From: Microbotryum violaceum
Taxonomy: Eukaryota
NCBI GenBank assembly: GCA_001244265.2
Contig: CDLV01000008.1
Location: forward strand, 1,240,001 to 1,304,000
Direction of reading: 5' to 3'
DNA length: 64,000 nt
Made by a program: the position numbers and the translations under genes. How positions within the stretch are numbered: position 1 is the first letter of the stretch; the number at the start of each line of letters is the position of its first letter. The notes under the pieces were generated by a model. It saw only the letters and a list, made by a program, of their open reading frames with translations. It made no database searches and had not been told where the DNA came from. Positions 63,268 through 64,000 of this stretch are shown piece after piece.

Positions 63268-64000
63268 ATGGCCTCTCTGGATGGTATCCGCGATCTGTAC
63301 GAGCGGGCCAAGACGGTGACAACGCACCGTCGATCGGACTCGCCGGCGCCGTTCTGGTCGCCCCTCGACAGCGCCGTGCCGGAAGGGTTCCGGATCTCCA
63401 GTTCGACCTTTACGGTGTCCGTCTCGCCCTTTTCGACGCTGTCCTTCACCTTATCCGGGCGACATGCCAAAGGAACGTTGTTGTACATGCATGAGGGTTC
63501 GCTCACGACGGTCGAGACGGTCATGTCGGGGCAGTTGCCGGACTACGACGAGCGCTACGATCAGACTGGTGCCGCTGTGACTTCGAGCGACTCCAAGGAA
63601 GCGAGCCGCGTTAAGGTCGTCGTCAAGGCACCATACAACAGCGACGAACTGTTACAATTGTGCAAGATTGGGACCGTGCAAAAGGACCTCGAAGGCGGCA
63701 TCTATATCGAGGTAAGTTATCTCAGACTGGCTGATATTCGACTTGATCCCCCTCCGGCGGACAAGCAACCCTGATCGTCAGGCCACCCCACACTCGGGGT
63801 TCTCAATCTAGAGCGAGACCTATCTCCGGCCGCCCTGGCCGTGGGGGCCCCGCCTTGCGTGCAGCGCATTCCATGAAGTCTGAGCCACTGGGATTCATTC
63901 CTCTGCTGTATAACTAAACATCGTTTGCTTTCCCTTCATGCTCGCGCTTATCGCAGACCCCTGAAGAGTCTGCCCGGGGCACTCTCGCTGGCGCCTCCAT
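63268..64000 (+). CDS. Hypothetical protein, truncated by the window end
   Basis: MASLDGIRDLYERAK...GGIYIE, then a GTAAGT intron, with coding resuming at ~63957. Confidence 0.6.

Overview
Intron-rich fungal genomic DNA from a basidiomycete. Gene style and transposon (TE) content suggest Pucciniomycotina, probably Microbotryum-like; this is an inference. Two gene-dense arms carry housekeeping genes. The left arm has a DCG1-like racemase, a divergent CDK1-like kinase, SSZ1, RCF1, RPN3, SWP1, DHH1 and a quinone oxidoreductase. The right arm has KEL3/KLHDC4, ALG5 and an LRG1/Rga1 RhoGAP. Between them is a ~21.6 kb TE island (about 23.85-45.5 kb). It contains a small element with terminal inverted repeats (TIRs), a Helitron 5' fragment fused to an L1/Tx1-type LINE, a Kyakuja-type (KDZ) transposase followed by a helically phased palindromic repeat array and several accessory ORFs, and a DxxH-type transposase relic ending in a ~490 bp pyrimidine tract. 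A second, inverted Helitron copy sits in the ALG5/LRG1 divergent promoter. The most notable observations are: three GC-AG introns plus an APE-to-PPC change in the CDK; two apparently homologous orphan two-TM genes; a dense GATA cluster upstream of DCG1; recurrent 10-bp-phased repeats in intergenic regions; and the CCCGGG-centred palindromic array beside the KDZ transposase. Exon boundaries were read by eye, and no database searches were run.
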